Shown here: positions 11,169 through 23,789 of the stretch, piece after piece | How the letters are laid out: the number at the start of each line of letters is the position of its first letter | Position numbering within the stretch: position 1 is the stretch's first letter | Assembly: GCF_037042905.1 (NCBI RefSeq) | Contig: NW_026974140.1 | Location: forward strand, 870,001-934,000 | Length of the DNA: 64,000 bases | Direction of reading: 5' to 3' | Source of the DNA: Lytechinus pictus | Taxonomy: Eukaryota | Translations under genes and position numbers: made by a program | The notes under the pieces: model-generated | Told to the model about the DNA's origin: nothing | Database searches by the model: none | What the model saw: only the letters and a program-made list of their open reading frames with translations

Positions 11169-13064
11169 CATGGGCGGAAATCCCAGGGGGACAGGGGGGC
11201 CGTGTCCCCCCTACCATTTTGGAAGGGGGACATAATATCAAATGTCCCCCCTACTATTTGTGGTATTTTATTATGGAAAAAATACATAATTCAAAATCGA
11301 AATTATACACATGTATCCTCGAATTTCGAAATATATATAAACAGATAGTTTTGTTAAGAACTTGGATAGGAAAAGAAAAGGCATACTGGCCCGACTATTC
11401 TCGAACTCGCATATAGCCCTATATGCCAGCCAAAGAGTGATGACATCGATGGCCATTGTCAATTTCATAACTAATAAAAATGATGAAAAAAAAATCGCCT
11501 CTGGATACTTAGTGCATAGATGGTAGACGAGAATGTTCCATACCCAGTAAAAACATACCTTTGTTAAACCAATTCATTTTCCCTTTATTACAAATTTACT
11601 TGACTTGGAATATAAAAATATTTTCATTGTTCGCGTATTCAGTACAAAGAATAGTTTTCATGAGTTATGATTAATCCTTCACAGTGAATTTTAACTATGT
11701 TTAATCCCCCAAAATTTGTTTTTAAATACTCTATTGACGAGACTTTTATATTCCATTTTTACACAAAATTCATACCGCGGGAGGCCGGGGTCATCATAGG
11801 TAGATCAAGGGGGCGAAGCGGCGGCCCGCCCCCTATTGGCGGCGCAAAATAGGAAGGTGAGGAGAAAAATAAGAAAAAAGATAGGACGAGGAAGTAAATT
11901 AAATGATGGGAGGGGGATAATTAGAAAAAAGAAAATTTTCAGGTCATTCATAGTATAGAAAAAAAAAATCGCTCGCGCTTTGCATTAATACACAGCCATC
12001 TCAGTCTTTATTTCAAAACGTGCTTAAATTTTTTTCACTTTTTAGATCGAAATATATAAAATCAAATCATTTATTTAGGAATATATCCATCTTTTTCATA
12101 ATTTGTAGGTTTAAATCTTGAAAAAAATCATATCGCGCTTTGCGCTCGCATCAGTAATATGGTTTAGTCAGATACTATCCTGTTTATTGCTATAAGGTGA
12201 AAAGAAGATGACTTTTTTGGTCGGAAAAAAAATCAGGATACACCTTGCGCTCACATTAATTAAAATTTAGTTAGATAGCTACCCTGTCCTTGATTTTAAA
12301 ATATGCTAATAATACCAATTTTTAGGCCGGAAATAACATATCTTCAGCACACACTTCACGCTCGAATCTAATATTGTTTAGTCAAATTCCTATCCTGTTC
12401 ATGATTTGAAAAAGTGTTACGATTGTCCAGTTTTTAGGTTGGAAAATAAAAAACTTTCAGCTCGCGCTTCGCGCTCGCATTGATTGTTTAGATTCCTATT
12501 CCGTTCATTATTACGTGCTAAGAATGTCCAGTTTTTAGGTAGGAAAACAACAAAATATCATCTCGCGCTTCACGCTTGCATTAACTGTTGATTCATATCC
12601 TGTTCATGATTTTTATAAAGCTGTTAAGAATGTCCAGTTTTTAGGTTGGAAAATCAAAAAAACTTTCAGCTTGCGCTCTCATCTATTATTTAGTTGAATT
12701 CCTATTCTGTTCATGATTTGAAAAAGTGTTACGAATGTCTAGTTTTTAGGTTGGAAAATCAAAAACTTTCAGCTCGCGCTCGCATTAATGGTTTAGGTAG
12801 GTTCGAATCTAGTTCATGATCACAAAAAAATGTTCAGAATGTTCAATTTCCAGGTCACAATTTATGAAATATCAACATATTTGGGCTCGCGCTTCGCGCT
12901 CGCATTATTCATTGAGAAATGCGCGCTGTTCATTGGTTGAAAATCAAGTTGCGCACGATTTTTAGAGTTGCGTTTGATTGCAACTCTTTCTGCAACGGGT
13001 CAGAGCATAAAAACGAAAAATCAATTGTGTCCCCCCTACCTTCATGGAGAGATTTCCGCCCATG
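11169..13064. mobile_element. hAT-type non-autonomous element (8-bp TSD) with a nested GCTCGCGCTTCGCGCTCGC-repeat element
   Basis: ATTGTATC|CATGGGCGGAAATC...GATTTCCGCCCATG|ATTGTATC, a perfect 14-bp TIR. The nested piece at ~11795-12905 resembles the reverse complement of the 55721-61336 family. Confidence 0.9.
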
Positions 13065-14247
13065 ATTGTATCATGTTTATGAATTTAGAATTCTAAGCTT
13101 CATGTTGCACACTCACACTGATGAACCTCCCTGTCTGTAGAAAATCATGCAGCACACAACACATACTACAGAAATATTCTTGAAATATTAGTATTCATTG
13201 TAACCAAAAAATTGTCATTCATGAATGATGTGTTTTTCATTAAAATCTAAGCTCTTATGTTGTTTCTTTTTAATCACCAGAGCACTCAAATATCTAATTT
13301 AGCTGCACATTTTGGTTAGGTCTTAGCCCTCTAGGTTTTATTGGGCTGGTTTTTTCCTAGTCCAAATTATAGAGAGAATTGCAAGAATGTGCTTAGTTTG
13401 TTTGGACTCAAACTTGTTTTCAGATTGTACGAGGTCAAAACTGAAACGGTATTTACCTCCACACACACACACCACAAAAAAGAATCGTCATTTGCAACAG
13501 CCACATACATCACACCAATATGAATATATGGGGCACTGCATCTAGTTTCGCCCAGGTTTTTCCAAGATTTGTACAAACACTTCAAATATCTACGTAAATA
13601 AGAAGAAAAAAAATATGAAAACTTCTCGAATTGAAAATGCTTAAAACAGCACTTCACCAGTAAGTAGTTTAAATCCGATTCCGAGTATAAAATAAAGTTA
13701 ATAAACTATAAAGAACCACTTCCGATGTTTTTGTTGGATACTGTGGTGATCTGCTCAGCTTAGCTCAGCTAAGCTGCCTCGGATTCGATTTTATGTACAA
13801 TGACCTTTGGAAATTTCTAATAATATTTCTAATAATATTTCTGTTTTGTTTTTTTTACGAAGTAAGAATGCCCTTCTGTAAAATTGTACTTGATTTGTAT
13901 TACTTTATATTACTTTGTATTATGTTTTTTTAATGGAAATGAAATAAAAGAATTGAACAAAAAAAAAGAATTGAAAAGTTCGTGCCCGAATCATGCGCAT
14001 GCGCAGTTCGTAACTACGAACTGGCTTATTAGACAATGTGAACATTGTACGATCTGATGTTTGACCAACTGATGGTAGACGAGTTGGCAATTAGACGAAT
14101 AGGCATTGGACCAAATGAAAATAAGCCGTCCCAATATGAACAAGTCTGTCAGCTCATTAATGAAATTTGTGTATTCATTTTTAATAAATTTGCCAACAAT
14201 GATGATAACACATAGGTCACCAGCATTCCTCATTGTTAATTATTTTG

Positions 14248-14470
14248 TTTGCAAAAGGGGTTAGGTCCACAAAGTTATTTTTTCTAAAGTAATATTTAAA
14301 AAAATATGAAGACAGGTATAATTTTTATACCCAATTTTATGTTCACATGTAAGGGTAGTATACCATGATAATCTAGTTTCGCATAAGAATTTTGCAATAT
14401 GGGAGAATTAAAAAAGTTTTTTTTTTCTCAAAATGGTCTAAAGTGGTCCTAACCCCTTTTGCAACTAAAC
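14248..14470. mobile_element. Small MITE
   Basis: Inverted ends TTGCAAAAGGGGTTAGGTCCAC ... GTGGTCCTAACCCCTTTTGCAA. Confidence 0.6.
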
Positions 14471-14748
14471 TCTTCATATGTACCTAGTTCATGAACTTGG
14501 ATAGAAGAGTAATCAAGTATCCCTGAACATCCTGTGCGAGTTTTAGGTCACATGACTAAGGTCAAAGGTCATTTAGGGCCAAAGAACTTTGGGCATGATC
14601 GGGGCACTTGTTGAATTTCCATCGTAACAAAGGAATTTTCAATTTCTAATAATATTACTGATTAAATTGTAAAGTTCAAACACTGTCTAAAACCATTATT
14701 GGCAAGGCAAAATAAGATTGAAAATATTGCAGGTCAATAGACTAATGT

Positions 14749-16915
14749 ATTTCATTTATTTATTTATTTATTTCTGATATTTTGACAGGGTAGCCCATTC
14801 ACCAATAAGTAGTGGTCTTCCATGGGGCCCTGAATAACAATAAACATATTTACAAAATGCATAACGTATGTACAGAACGTTACAGCATTAAGATTCACAT
14901 TAGGATTTGAATGTAAAACGAAACATTAACAAACTTAGCAGCAAACAAAACGCAGACGGGCACTCGTTTGACGTATAATAAAATATCAATAAATCAAATT
15001 AATTAAGAAGGACATCTTGAAAATACTGATAATATACACCAAATCATCAAGGTCATGCTAACACAAAATAAGCACAACAGTGGATGTTCCGCAAGTTATT
15101 TATAAATTACAAGTTGTTTTAAACATTCTCTTAAATGAAATGACAGAAGGAGCTGTTCTAATTGAATTATCAAGCTTATTCCATTCAAATATTGAAGATA
15201 CGATTGGACTACACTTATAACAATCAGTGCGAAACTTGGGCACGCGTAAATATCCACTGTCTCTCTGTCTGGTATGATGTTCATGTACATCAGTTGGATT
15301 GGTTAAGTTTACCTGAAGGTAAGAAGGTGCTAAATTATGAACACATTTAAATATCATCAAAACGCGACTGAGGTCAAATCGTTTGTCTAGTGTCATCCAT
15401 TTAAGACTTGTGAACAAATCAGCCGACGGTGTGTCGTATGTCTTGTTCAATATAATTCTTGCAGCCCTCTTCTGAATTTTTTGCAGCTTAATTGTATGGG
15501 ATTGAAATCTATTCGACCATACAGCAGAACAGTAATCAAATCTTGGCAACACCAAACTGTTATAAAGCAACTTTAAGGACTGCACAGGCAAATAACTTTT
15601 CGCTCTCTTTATTATGCCAATGCTTTTCTGAGTAAGTTTACATACATTTTCAATTTGTTTTGACCATTTCAGTTCTTCATCTATCAAAACTCCTAAGCAT
15701 TTGGTGAATTGAACTCTATTTATCAAATCACCGTTTAACGAAATCGTGAAAGAATCTATTTTCCTGAGATTAGCACGAGAACCTATTATCATGACACAAG
15801 TTTTTTCAGTGTTGAGGACGAGCTGATTATCTTTAATCCATGCCATGACCTTGTTTAATGCAACAGTTAATTTTTCTTCCAAAACTGTCGCATCATTCGC
15901 ACTGACGGTAAGTGTCGTGTCGTCAGCGTACATATCTATAATACCTTCATGAATACATTCAGGTAAACTATTAACATATATTGAAAACAAAAGGGGACTT
16001 AGAATTGACCCTTGTGGCACGCCTAATTTGACGAATGAAGGGTGCGATTTGGCTCCTTTGAATTGTGTCACTTGTTGTCGATCAAATAAATATGATTTGA
16101 ACCAAGTGATAGTCCTCTTACTACAACCAATGCAAGTTAATTTCTTTAAAAGCAGCTCATGGTCCACGGTATCAAAGGCCTTCCGAAGATCTATGAACGC
16201 AACTCCAGAAATTAAATTGTTATCAATGTTTAACGACCACTGATTTACAAGTTTTGCAAGGGCAGTAGTTGTTGAATGCATAGGCCGAAAACCAGATTGA
16301 TTTGGGTGTAATAAATTATTCACGTCCAAGAATTCACTTAGCTGTTGGAAGAACAGCCCTTTCTAAAATTTTACTCACGATTGGTAATATAGAAATTGGG
16401 CGGTAATTATTCAACGAAGACATATCACCAGATTTAAATATTGGTACTACCCGAGCCTTTTTTCCATTCACGAGGAACAACTCCAGTAGTAAGGGATTTG
16501 TTAATAATATCACAAAGGGACTCTGCGATAACATTTTTTGTCATCTTTAAAAGTTTGCAGCTGACATGATCTTCCCCAGTTGATTTATCTATACTCAGAT
16601 TATCAATCTGTTTCAAAACAAAATCTCTAGTAATCAACTCTAGCTCAAATTGAGAGTGAATTGAACCAACATTTGTGTCATCTTCTACTTGAACTCTCTG
16701 TTGAGATGTATCCCTTTGCAGGTCCTTAGTAATATTAGTAGCATTTGAAATGAAAAATTCATTAAATGCTTCAGCAATATTTGCATTGCCCGACACATCT
16801 GTTCCATCTACGTTTATGGTGTTGGGAGAAATAGGTAATGACTTGGGCACAAGTTCTCTCAAACATCTCCACATTTTCTTACTATTGTTTTGATTTTGTG
16901 AAATCTGGTTAGCAT
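14749..16915 (-). mobile_element. 5'-truncated CR1/L2-group LINE with frameshifted ORF2 (reverse transcriptase)
   Basis: ORFs 16434..16874, 16334..16534 and 15100..16329 carry NYRPISIL, QSGFR, FIDLRKAFDTV, GVPQGSILSP, YADD and PRFDYC. A 3' UTR and (TAAA)n tail follow at ~14749-14773. Confidence 0.95.
15100..16329 (-). CDS. LINE reverse transcriptase fragment (409 aa, YADD)
   Basis: ORF track; complete RT core motifs; 5' part is frameshifted. Confidence 0.9.
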   Translation of the reverse strand: MDVNNLLHPNQSGFRPMHSTTTALAKLVNQWSLNIDNNLISGVAFIDLRKAFDTVDHELLLKKLTCIGCSKRTITWFKSYLFDRQQVTQFKGAKSHPSFVKLGVPQGSILSPLLFSIYVNSLPECIHEGIIDMYADDTTLTVSANDATVLEEKLTVALNKVMAWIKDNQLVLNTEKTCVMIIGSRANLRKIDSFTISLNGDLINRVQFTKCLGVLIDEELKWSKQIENVCKLTQKSIGIIKRAKSYLPVQSLKLLYNSLVLPRFDYCSAVWSNRFQSHTIKLQKIQKRAARIILNKTYDTPSADLFTSLKWMTLDKRFDLSRVLMIFKCVHNLAPSYLQVNLTNPTDVHEHHTRQRDSGYLRVPKFRTDCYKCSPIVSSIFEWNKLDNSIRTAPSVISFKRMFKTTCNL

Positions 16916-17197
16916 TATATTATATTGTATCATTGATGGTTCCAAATAATATCTACAACATTTTCATGATCCTTTATTGGGACAGCCCTGGTTTTTTGCA
17001 CCTATTTTCCTGGTCGGTATGCAAATGAGGGGGCTGGTGGCGTCATCCACTATTTGTTTGTATTGCATTTTAAGAAATATTCGAATTTTCTCCTTATTTT
17101 CCAGTAAAAACTAAATAATTCGTCCTTAAACATGTGGAATTAGCAAGGTTAAATATTGTATGGTTCAGACAAATTAGTCCTTATTGTCAAATATGTA

Positions 17198-17284
17198 AAA
17201 ACTAGAAATTTGACGTGTCCAAAGGACGCGAACAGAAATCAATTCAATATGACTGAACTTAACATCGTGCAAAAACAAATATGC

Positions 17285-17328
<44 letters not shown>

Positions 17329-17810
17329 AACAAATTTAGACCAATTCACATATATAATGAGGTATGACATGTGACCTGCGGACTCTGAATTCGAACTTAG
17401 CCTGTATTTTGGTGGCATCTACCTACACACAATTTTTTTTTTCAATCTGTTGATTATTCCATAATTTATCATGTGGAAACCAACTCGCATATTTAATTAG
17501 CTGTGGCCTTTGACCTGCGGACTCCAAATTCGAACTTAGCCTGTACTTTGGTGGCATCTACCTACACACCATTTTTTGTTTCTGTTGATTATTCCATAAT
17601 TTATCATGTGGAAACCAACTCGCATATTTAATTAGCTGTGTCCTTTGACCTGCGGACTCCAAATTCGAACTTAGCCTGAATTTTGGTGTCATCTACCTAC
17701 ACATCAATTTTTTTTAGACTATTTAATATTTTTAGAGGCATTGCGCAGAAACGAAGTGGGGGACGGACGGACGGACGGACGGACGGGGGGACGGGGGCAA
17801 TTGTATAATC
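17198..17810 (+). mobile_element. Tandem-repeat/microsatellite non-autonomous element (HINE/Tsp/pearl-like architecture)
   Basis: AAACTAGA start, (TA)n, three ~135-139-bp units starting TGACCTGCGG (17372, 17511, 17646), then a (GGAC)n microsatellite. It is cut by the element starting at 17813. A duplicate lies at ~40904-41520. Confidence 0.55.
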
Positions 17811-19239
17811 TAAGGACGTTGCACAGTTATGTTTGTGCGCATAATGATCTGCGCATATTTACACTCTGCGCGCTGACGTCACAATGGATGAACAGATTAT
17901 TAATCAGCTGTAGATGTGAGCTGATTTTTCTCCTTATCTGCAGTAACTGCAGATCCAATGTGTTATCTTATGAAGCTAGTAAACTGGAATTATTCCGTGG
18001 ACCATTTTTAATTACCTCTATTTCAAAATACTTTACTCTGTAGTGCTGCAAAGTATGACGAATATGACCCCGAGTTTGGAAATATGGCAAAGTTGTTTGG
18101 AATTTTTCCTCACATAGATACAAAGCTTTTGGCGCGTTTTCGGCTGTTTTAAAAAGCACATTTTTTTCCAATCAAAGTACTGATAGTTTGGAAACAAGCA
18201 CATGAACCCATATTTTTCAATGTTTGCACCTCTTAGGTATACCATCCTCTACAACTTTGCAAAGTTTGGTAAAAATTACATGGGTTTTTAATAAAGTGCA
18301 GCATTTGTTGTACTTTTCAAGTTTGTTATTGAAATATCACATTTTTGAGGTTGAGTTTTTGTTATCTTTCGCGCAATTTCTAAGAACTGAGTGCTGTTAG
18401 ACTTAAAAAAGCAAACAATAGCAATATAAATAGATTATCCATCTTAAGGATACAATTATTAATATAACATTGAGAGATTTGATGACATTGTCATGGATTT
18501 TGACTAAAGCTTTAAACTATTATTGTTGTGATCTCGTGGGGTCTAAAAATGCCAAATTCTTTTGAATACGCATTTCTTAACATCCATTTAGGTGCAGTAT
18601 GAAGCTCTCTAGCAAAAAATCAAGCACATGGACCCATGCTAATTGTTACATGTTTGGAATATTCAGGTGCGAAATTATCTATACACAACAAAAAAAGTAA
18701 GTCCCCCCTTAAACAAACATCAATAATTTCCGAACCAATGCGGGTTTTTAGTATATTTTTACATGAGCGTGTAGATAATTTTATACGCTACCCTCTGAGT
18801 AAATGTTATGGACGTATTTTCCGTCATGCTTCAGTGAGCACCGTCAAAAGGCAAACATGTCACTTTTCAAAAGTCACATGCCAAATATCATGACTTTGAT
18901 TCCATTTCATTGGAACTAATTCCACATTCTCATCATGAAAAATAGTCAGAAGGCTTGTAAAAGGTTCTTTCTAAAAGACGATAGAATTTTTTGGCTAAAT
19001 TTCACGGTTGAATAAACTTAAGTCCAAATTTGCTATAATTGAATTTTTACCCCACTTCTATCAATAAAAATGATAGAATGTAATGACATTTTTTTTTTCT
19101 TCAACAGCATTCATCATTTAACGGTTCAATGAACATTAATTGAAAACAAAAATTACGATTTTCAAATATCATAGGCAAGTATTGTTTCATTTTGGTAACT
19201 GAAAATGATCTTTTCTCAATTTTTTCGTTATGTTCATGA

Positions 19240-21277
19240 CGGTTTGACGGTATTTCCAACCTCCTACTTAAGAAAATTATTTTGGCTATCGTCGATCCTT
19301 TGGTGCATATATTTAATATTTCTTTGAAAACAGGAAGGATACCCAGTCTTATGAAAATCGCAAAAGTAGTCCCTCTTTTTAAAAAAGGAGATAATCAGCT
19401 CGTCTCCAACTACCGTCCCATATCATTGCTCACCTCGTTATCAAAAATTCTTGAAAAACTTGTCCATACACGAACTAGTACGTTCTTTAAAAATAGCTAT
19501 ATCTTTTCGGACTTTCAATTTGGGTTTCGCGAAAATCACAGCACCTCGCATGCAATTTTATCTTTCATTAACAAAATCACTACTTCCACTGACAAAGGTT
19601 GTCACACTGTGGGTATTTTCCTGGACTTCTCCAAGGCCTTCGATACCATTAAACACGAAATTCTTTTGTATAAACTATCTCATTACGGTATTAGGGGGAA
19701 GGCCTTGGAGTGGTTCAAGAGCTACCTTACAGATAGGACTCAGTTTGTATCAATAAACAATCACAATTCATCCAACCTTCCAATTACATGCGGGGTACCA
19801 CAGGGTGGCTTAGTCGGCCCTCTTCTTTTTATCACTTACATTAATGACATCCACAAAACTTCAAATTTACTTTCATTCATACTCTTTGCTGATGATTCCA
19901 ACATTTTCTTTTCTCATGATAACATAAACCAACTTATTAGGATTGTTAACTCTGAACTCATGCATGTGACTGAATGGATCAAGGCAAATAAACTCTCACT
20001 TAACTTACAAAAGACCAATTACATGCTATTTAGTAATAGAATAAATAGTTTGCCCGACAATCTCATGTTTGATAATACTGTCCTTGAAAATGTTTCTGAA
20101 ACAAAATTCTTGGGTGTACTTATTGATAATAAATTATCATGGAAACCACACATCGACAATATATGCAAAACAATTTCAAGAAATATTGGAATTATCAACA
20201 AGCTCAAAATTTTTCTTCCATCTCGTACACTACTTACACTATATCACACCTTAATATTACCATACATTAATTACGGTATTTTGGCATGGGGTTGTGCAAT
20301 CCAAACACAATTACATAGGATACTTTTGTTACAGAAAAAAGCACTAGGATAATATTTCATACACATTTCAGATGTCACACAGATAAATGATTTTTTGAAA
20401 ATAAAATCCTTAAAGTTAATGATACATATTTGTTCCAACTCGGCCAATTTATGTACAAACTAAATAAAGATGATCTCCCCGCAATTTTTTCAATTATGTT
20501 CTGCAAAAACTCCTCTGTACACGATTATCCTACAAGACAACGAAACTCATATCACCTACCTCCAACCCGAACTTTACTAGCAAAAAATTATTTTGTCTTT
20601 TCTGGTCCCGTATATTGGAATTCCTTGCCCGACGCCTTTAAGGAATCCCCAAGCATCGCAGTTTTTAAACATAACCTTAAAAAGATGCTTATTAGCCAAT
20701 ACTTTACACAAACAAGTCAATCTACCATATAACCAAAACTATATACAACAAAAACTTTTTTCTTAACCTCCCAGGATACAACTTGCCTGCCGACCTTTTC
20801 CCGCACCTGCCATGCTCCTCTTTGCACCTCCAATTGTACCTGCACCCCCCCCCTCTTTCCTTACATTTCCTTCTCAGTTCCTCCCTCATTATCACAAATA
20901 TTGTAACCATATTGTTATTATTTTTAATTATTATTATTACTATTATCAATTATTCTAATTTGTGTTACTCTTTCGTTGTTACCTTTGATATTTTGTATAG
21001 CCTCCCTTTAAACTGTCTCCCGTCTCTCCTTTATATTATAGTTTTGTAATGTTACGGGGGCTTGCCTCTCATACAAGCTTTGCTTTTCTTGGCAAGCCCC
21101 TCCGTTCTGTTTTATATAGTCATTATAGTCAAAGTTACTTTAGTTCGCATTAGTTCTCATTGTTTATACCTTACTCCGATTGATGTTGTACTTCATATTT
21201 GACTATGTATTGTTTGATTTTGTTGTGCTTTGTGAACGGAAAATGAATAAATCTAAATCTAAAAATCTAAATCTAAA
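19240..21277 (+). mobile_element. 5'-truncated CR1/L2-group LINE, second family
   Basis: ORF 19282..20352 has NYRPISLL, QFGFR, FLDFSKAFDT, GVPQG and FADD, with a frameshifted C-terminus at 20430..20732. The 3' UTR has a hairpin GGGGCTTGCC..GGCAAGCCCC and an (AAATCT)n tail. Confidence 0.95.
19282..20352 (+). CDS. LINE reverse transcriptase fragment (356 aa, FADD)
   Basis: ORF track, RT motifs. Confidence 0.9.
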   Translation: MAIVDPLVHIFNISLKTGRIPSLMKIAKVVPLFKKGDNQLVSNYRPISLLTSLSKILEKLVHTRTSTFFKNSYIFSDFQFGFRENHSTSHAILSFINKITTSTDKGCHTVGIFLDFSKAFDTIKHEILLYKLSHYGIRGKALEWFKSYLTDRTQFVSINNHNSSNLPITCGVPQGGLVGPLLFITYINDIHKTSNLLSFILFADDSNIFFSHDNINQLIRIVNSELMHVTEWIKANKLSLNLQKTNYMLFSNRINSLPDNLMFDNTVLENVSETKFLGVLIDNKLSWKPHIDNICKTISRNIGIINKLKIFLPSRTLLTLYHTLILPYINYGILAWGCAIQTQLHRILLLQKKALG

Positions 21278-21969
21278 TTAACATGCTTCAATGATTCAAA
21301 GACGTTTAATTAAACATTCACGCTTGAATGAACATGTGGAATGTGATTAGCTCTTTTTTAAGTTATTGGAAAAAATGCAATTTGTAACTATGGATAGCTG
21401 TCACAAACCTCCTTGAATAATTCATTTGATTTGATTTTTATGAAAATCCCGATGTTTAATGCATCAGTGAGCACACAATATTCGAAAATTATGCAAATGA
21501 GAAGAAAGTTCAAGGCCTTGGCCTCATTCTGTACCGTATCGAATGGTGATTTTAGTTGGCGCGCCTTTTGGATAGTCTTACTCTGAAGCCATGTGTGAAG
21601 TTTCATGAAATAACTGTTGGCAGAAGTAACAAAAACCGTCCATGAAACAAACCCTCAATTCATATTTGTTACAATTTTGACTTCCTCTCTCATAGACTTT
21701 TGTACATTATGGGTCCATATGTTTAAGAATAAGTAACCCCTTATTCAATATGGTTGAGCTTTTTTCAAGGCTACCTTTAGCAATGTCATTTGTCAGTAAT
21801 GTTTACCAACGTATGTGCAAATTCTGTGCCAAAAGGAAATCAATTTGTTTATTTATGGATGAGTGAGCACGCATCACATTTGGAAAATGGGTATTTTCAA
21901 TGTCACAGACTCAGTTTAAAGGGTAATAAAGTGAATATTGGCGGCAAATTCGGTTTCAAATGTGACTTT

Positions 21970-22946
21970 TTTTTAACCAGTACTGGTCTTCTTTATTTAA
22001 ATAAAAATATACACACATATAATGTACACAAACAACAGTTTTACAAGTTATTCAGTATTAAACTCCATTTGCTCATATTCATATCCAAATTTTCCTTTCG
22101 TTTACCTCTCTCATTATCATATATTTTTCCAGAACATATATGAACATAATTTTCAAATCATAAAACTTCATCTTTTTCATTGTAACTAATGTTATCTTGT
22201 AACATTTGTAAATAGATTATAATGCATAATTCAACATTAAATTTATTTATTTTCCTTATTATTTTCTTAGACCGTAAACAATATGCTGAGGCTACAAACG
22301 AAAATTTTGAATTAGACATTTTCTTATGAGTGCTTCGACGTATTTCCGAAGCTTATCAACCTCTGTACAGAACCAAAACAAATGTAATAAATCACTCAAC
22401 TTAGTGCACTCACTACAAATATCTGTGTTTCTTAAATTCCATTTTTTAAGTTACAGAGAGTAGGTAATAAATTATACATAAGATTGAAATTAAAATGGGC
22501 TATGGTATTATCTTGAATACTTTTGAGTTTCAGTGTCCATGTAAACAACCAAGAATTCATATTTTCTTCATCCAAAATAATGCGGCCCTTGATCTTTCAA
22601 CATTTAATTGCAACATCTCTTGATAAATTTGTTTTACTCTAGAGTTACAATTAAGCAATGTATCTATAGATGGCATACAGGACTCATTATTCTAAATTGA
22701 ATATTTAAATTTTCTAAACAAAGCAAGGTTATTTTCTTTTAGTTGTTCTCTCCATATTTTTGGTATTGACATTATACAAACTGCATATTCTGACAACTAT
22801 TGTCCATCAAGATTGACGAACTTTTCTTTTAACTCATTTACAGTAAGAAAGGTATTCTTAGATACCAGATCACCGATGAACAAAATATTTGACCGTATCC
22901 AGTTCCTAAATAACAACATCCTACCACTATGTCTGATATTGTTAAA
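21970..22946 (-). mobile_element. 3' ~1 kb of the Tx1-type LINE, cut by the duplication breakpoint
   Basis: Identical to 45682-46658. Confidence 0.9.
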
Positions 22947-22983
22947 ACCCAAAAATGTCATAACGTTCCTATTTTACAACCGA

Positions 22984-23174
22984 CATCATTGACTGTCTCA
23001 TTTGCATGTCACTGAGTTGTGCACATAACTGTGTTGTGCAAAATAAGCCAAACCCAAAAATGTCATAACGTTCCTATTTTACAACCGATTTTGATGAAAT
23101 TTTCAGCATTATGCAAGTTTTTTTTTTATATTTATTCAAATATATTTTTTTTTTGGAGAAGGCTTGACCTTTAA
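22984..23174. mobile_element. Right half of a Kolobok-type MITE (ends ..CTTGACCT|TTAA)
   Basis: The same family occurs at ~52590-52797 (GACATCA..GACTGTCTCATTTGCATG..TTGACCTTTAA). Confidence 0.65.
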
Positions 23175-23198
23175 AATCAAAACTTATATGTACATGTG

Positions 23199-23789
23199 CG
23201 CATACATTCGTAATTCCGAAGCTTCGTTATTCCGAAGGTTCGGATATTCCGAAGGTTCGTTATTCCGAAGGTTCGTATTACCGAAGGTTCGTAATTCCGA
23301 AGGTTCGTTAGTCCGAAAACGAAATGAGTTTCGTAATTCCGAAGGTTCGTTAGTCCGAAAACGAAGTGAGGTTCGTAATTCCGAAGGTTCGTTAATCCGA
23401 AAAAGAAATGAGGTTCGTAATTCCGAAGGTTCGTTAGTCCGAAAACTAAATGATAAACTAACCATATTTCGTTTTCGGACTAACGAACCTTCGGAACAGC
23501 GAACCTTATTTCGTATTCGGATTAACGAACCTTCGGAACAACGAACCTTATTTCGTTTTCGGATTAACGAACCTTCGGAACATCGAACCTTATTTCGTTT
23601 TCGGATTATCGAACCTTCGGAATAACGAACCTTCGGAATAACGCCACAAATGTTCGGATTAACGAACCCTTTTACGTTTTCGGATTAACGAACATCGAGG
23701 TATAGGCAATTTGCGTGTTTCGGAATTACGAACCTTCGGAATAAAGAACCTTCGGAATTACGAACCTTCGGAATTACGAAGTGTAACCG
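23199..23789. mobile_element. Foldback MITE built from ~14-15-bp ATTCCGAAGGTTCGT repeats, 8(-9)-bp TSD
   Basis: TACATGTG|CGCATACATTCGTAATTCCGAA...TTCGGAATTACGAAGTGTAACCG|TACATGTG; the left and right arms are in opposite orientation. Confidence 0.85.

Larger units (their letters stand above)
1..22946. repeat. Tandem segmental duplication, copy 1 (begins left of the window)
   Basis: Matches 23713-46658 at offsets of 23706-23712. The ORF track repeats at the same offset. Only a few SNPs and homopolymer/microsatellite length changes were seen. Confidence 0.98.
17813..22946. mobile_element. Left part of TTAA-type (Kolobok-like) DNA transposon, truncated by the duplication junction
   Basis: Left TIR AGGACGTTGCACAGTTA; identical to 41523-46658. 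Confidence 0.7.

Noticed and set aside
14480..14625. AGGTCAAAGGTCA nuclear-receptor DR1 site as an enhancer
   Set aside because: It lies in what looks like a fragment of a common interspersed repeat, with no independent support for function.
15100..20352. Divergently oriented RT pair as a retron/DGR-like or two-RT system
   Set aside because: Both are independent 5'-truncated, frameshifted CR1/L2-group LINEs with their own 3' tails; no template repeat or accessory genes are present.
23199..23789. CRISPR-like short repeats and repetitive ORFs 23164..23625 and 23184..23465
   Set aside because: There are no unique spacers, the arms are inverted with a TIR and TSD, the context is eukaryotic and no cas genes are present. 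The ORFs simply read through repeats.
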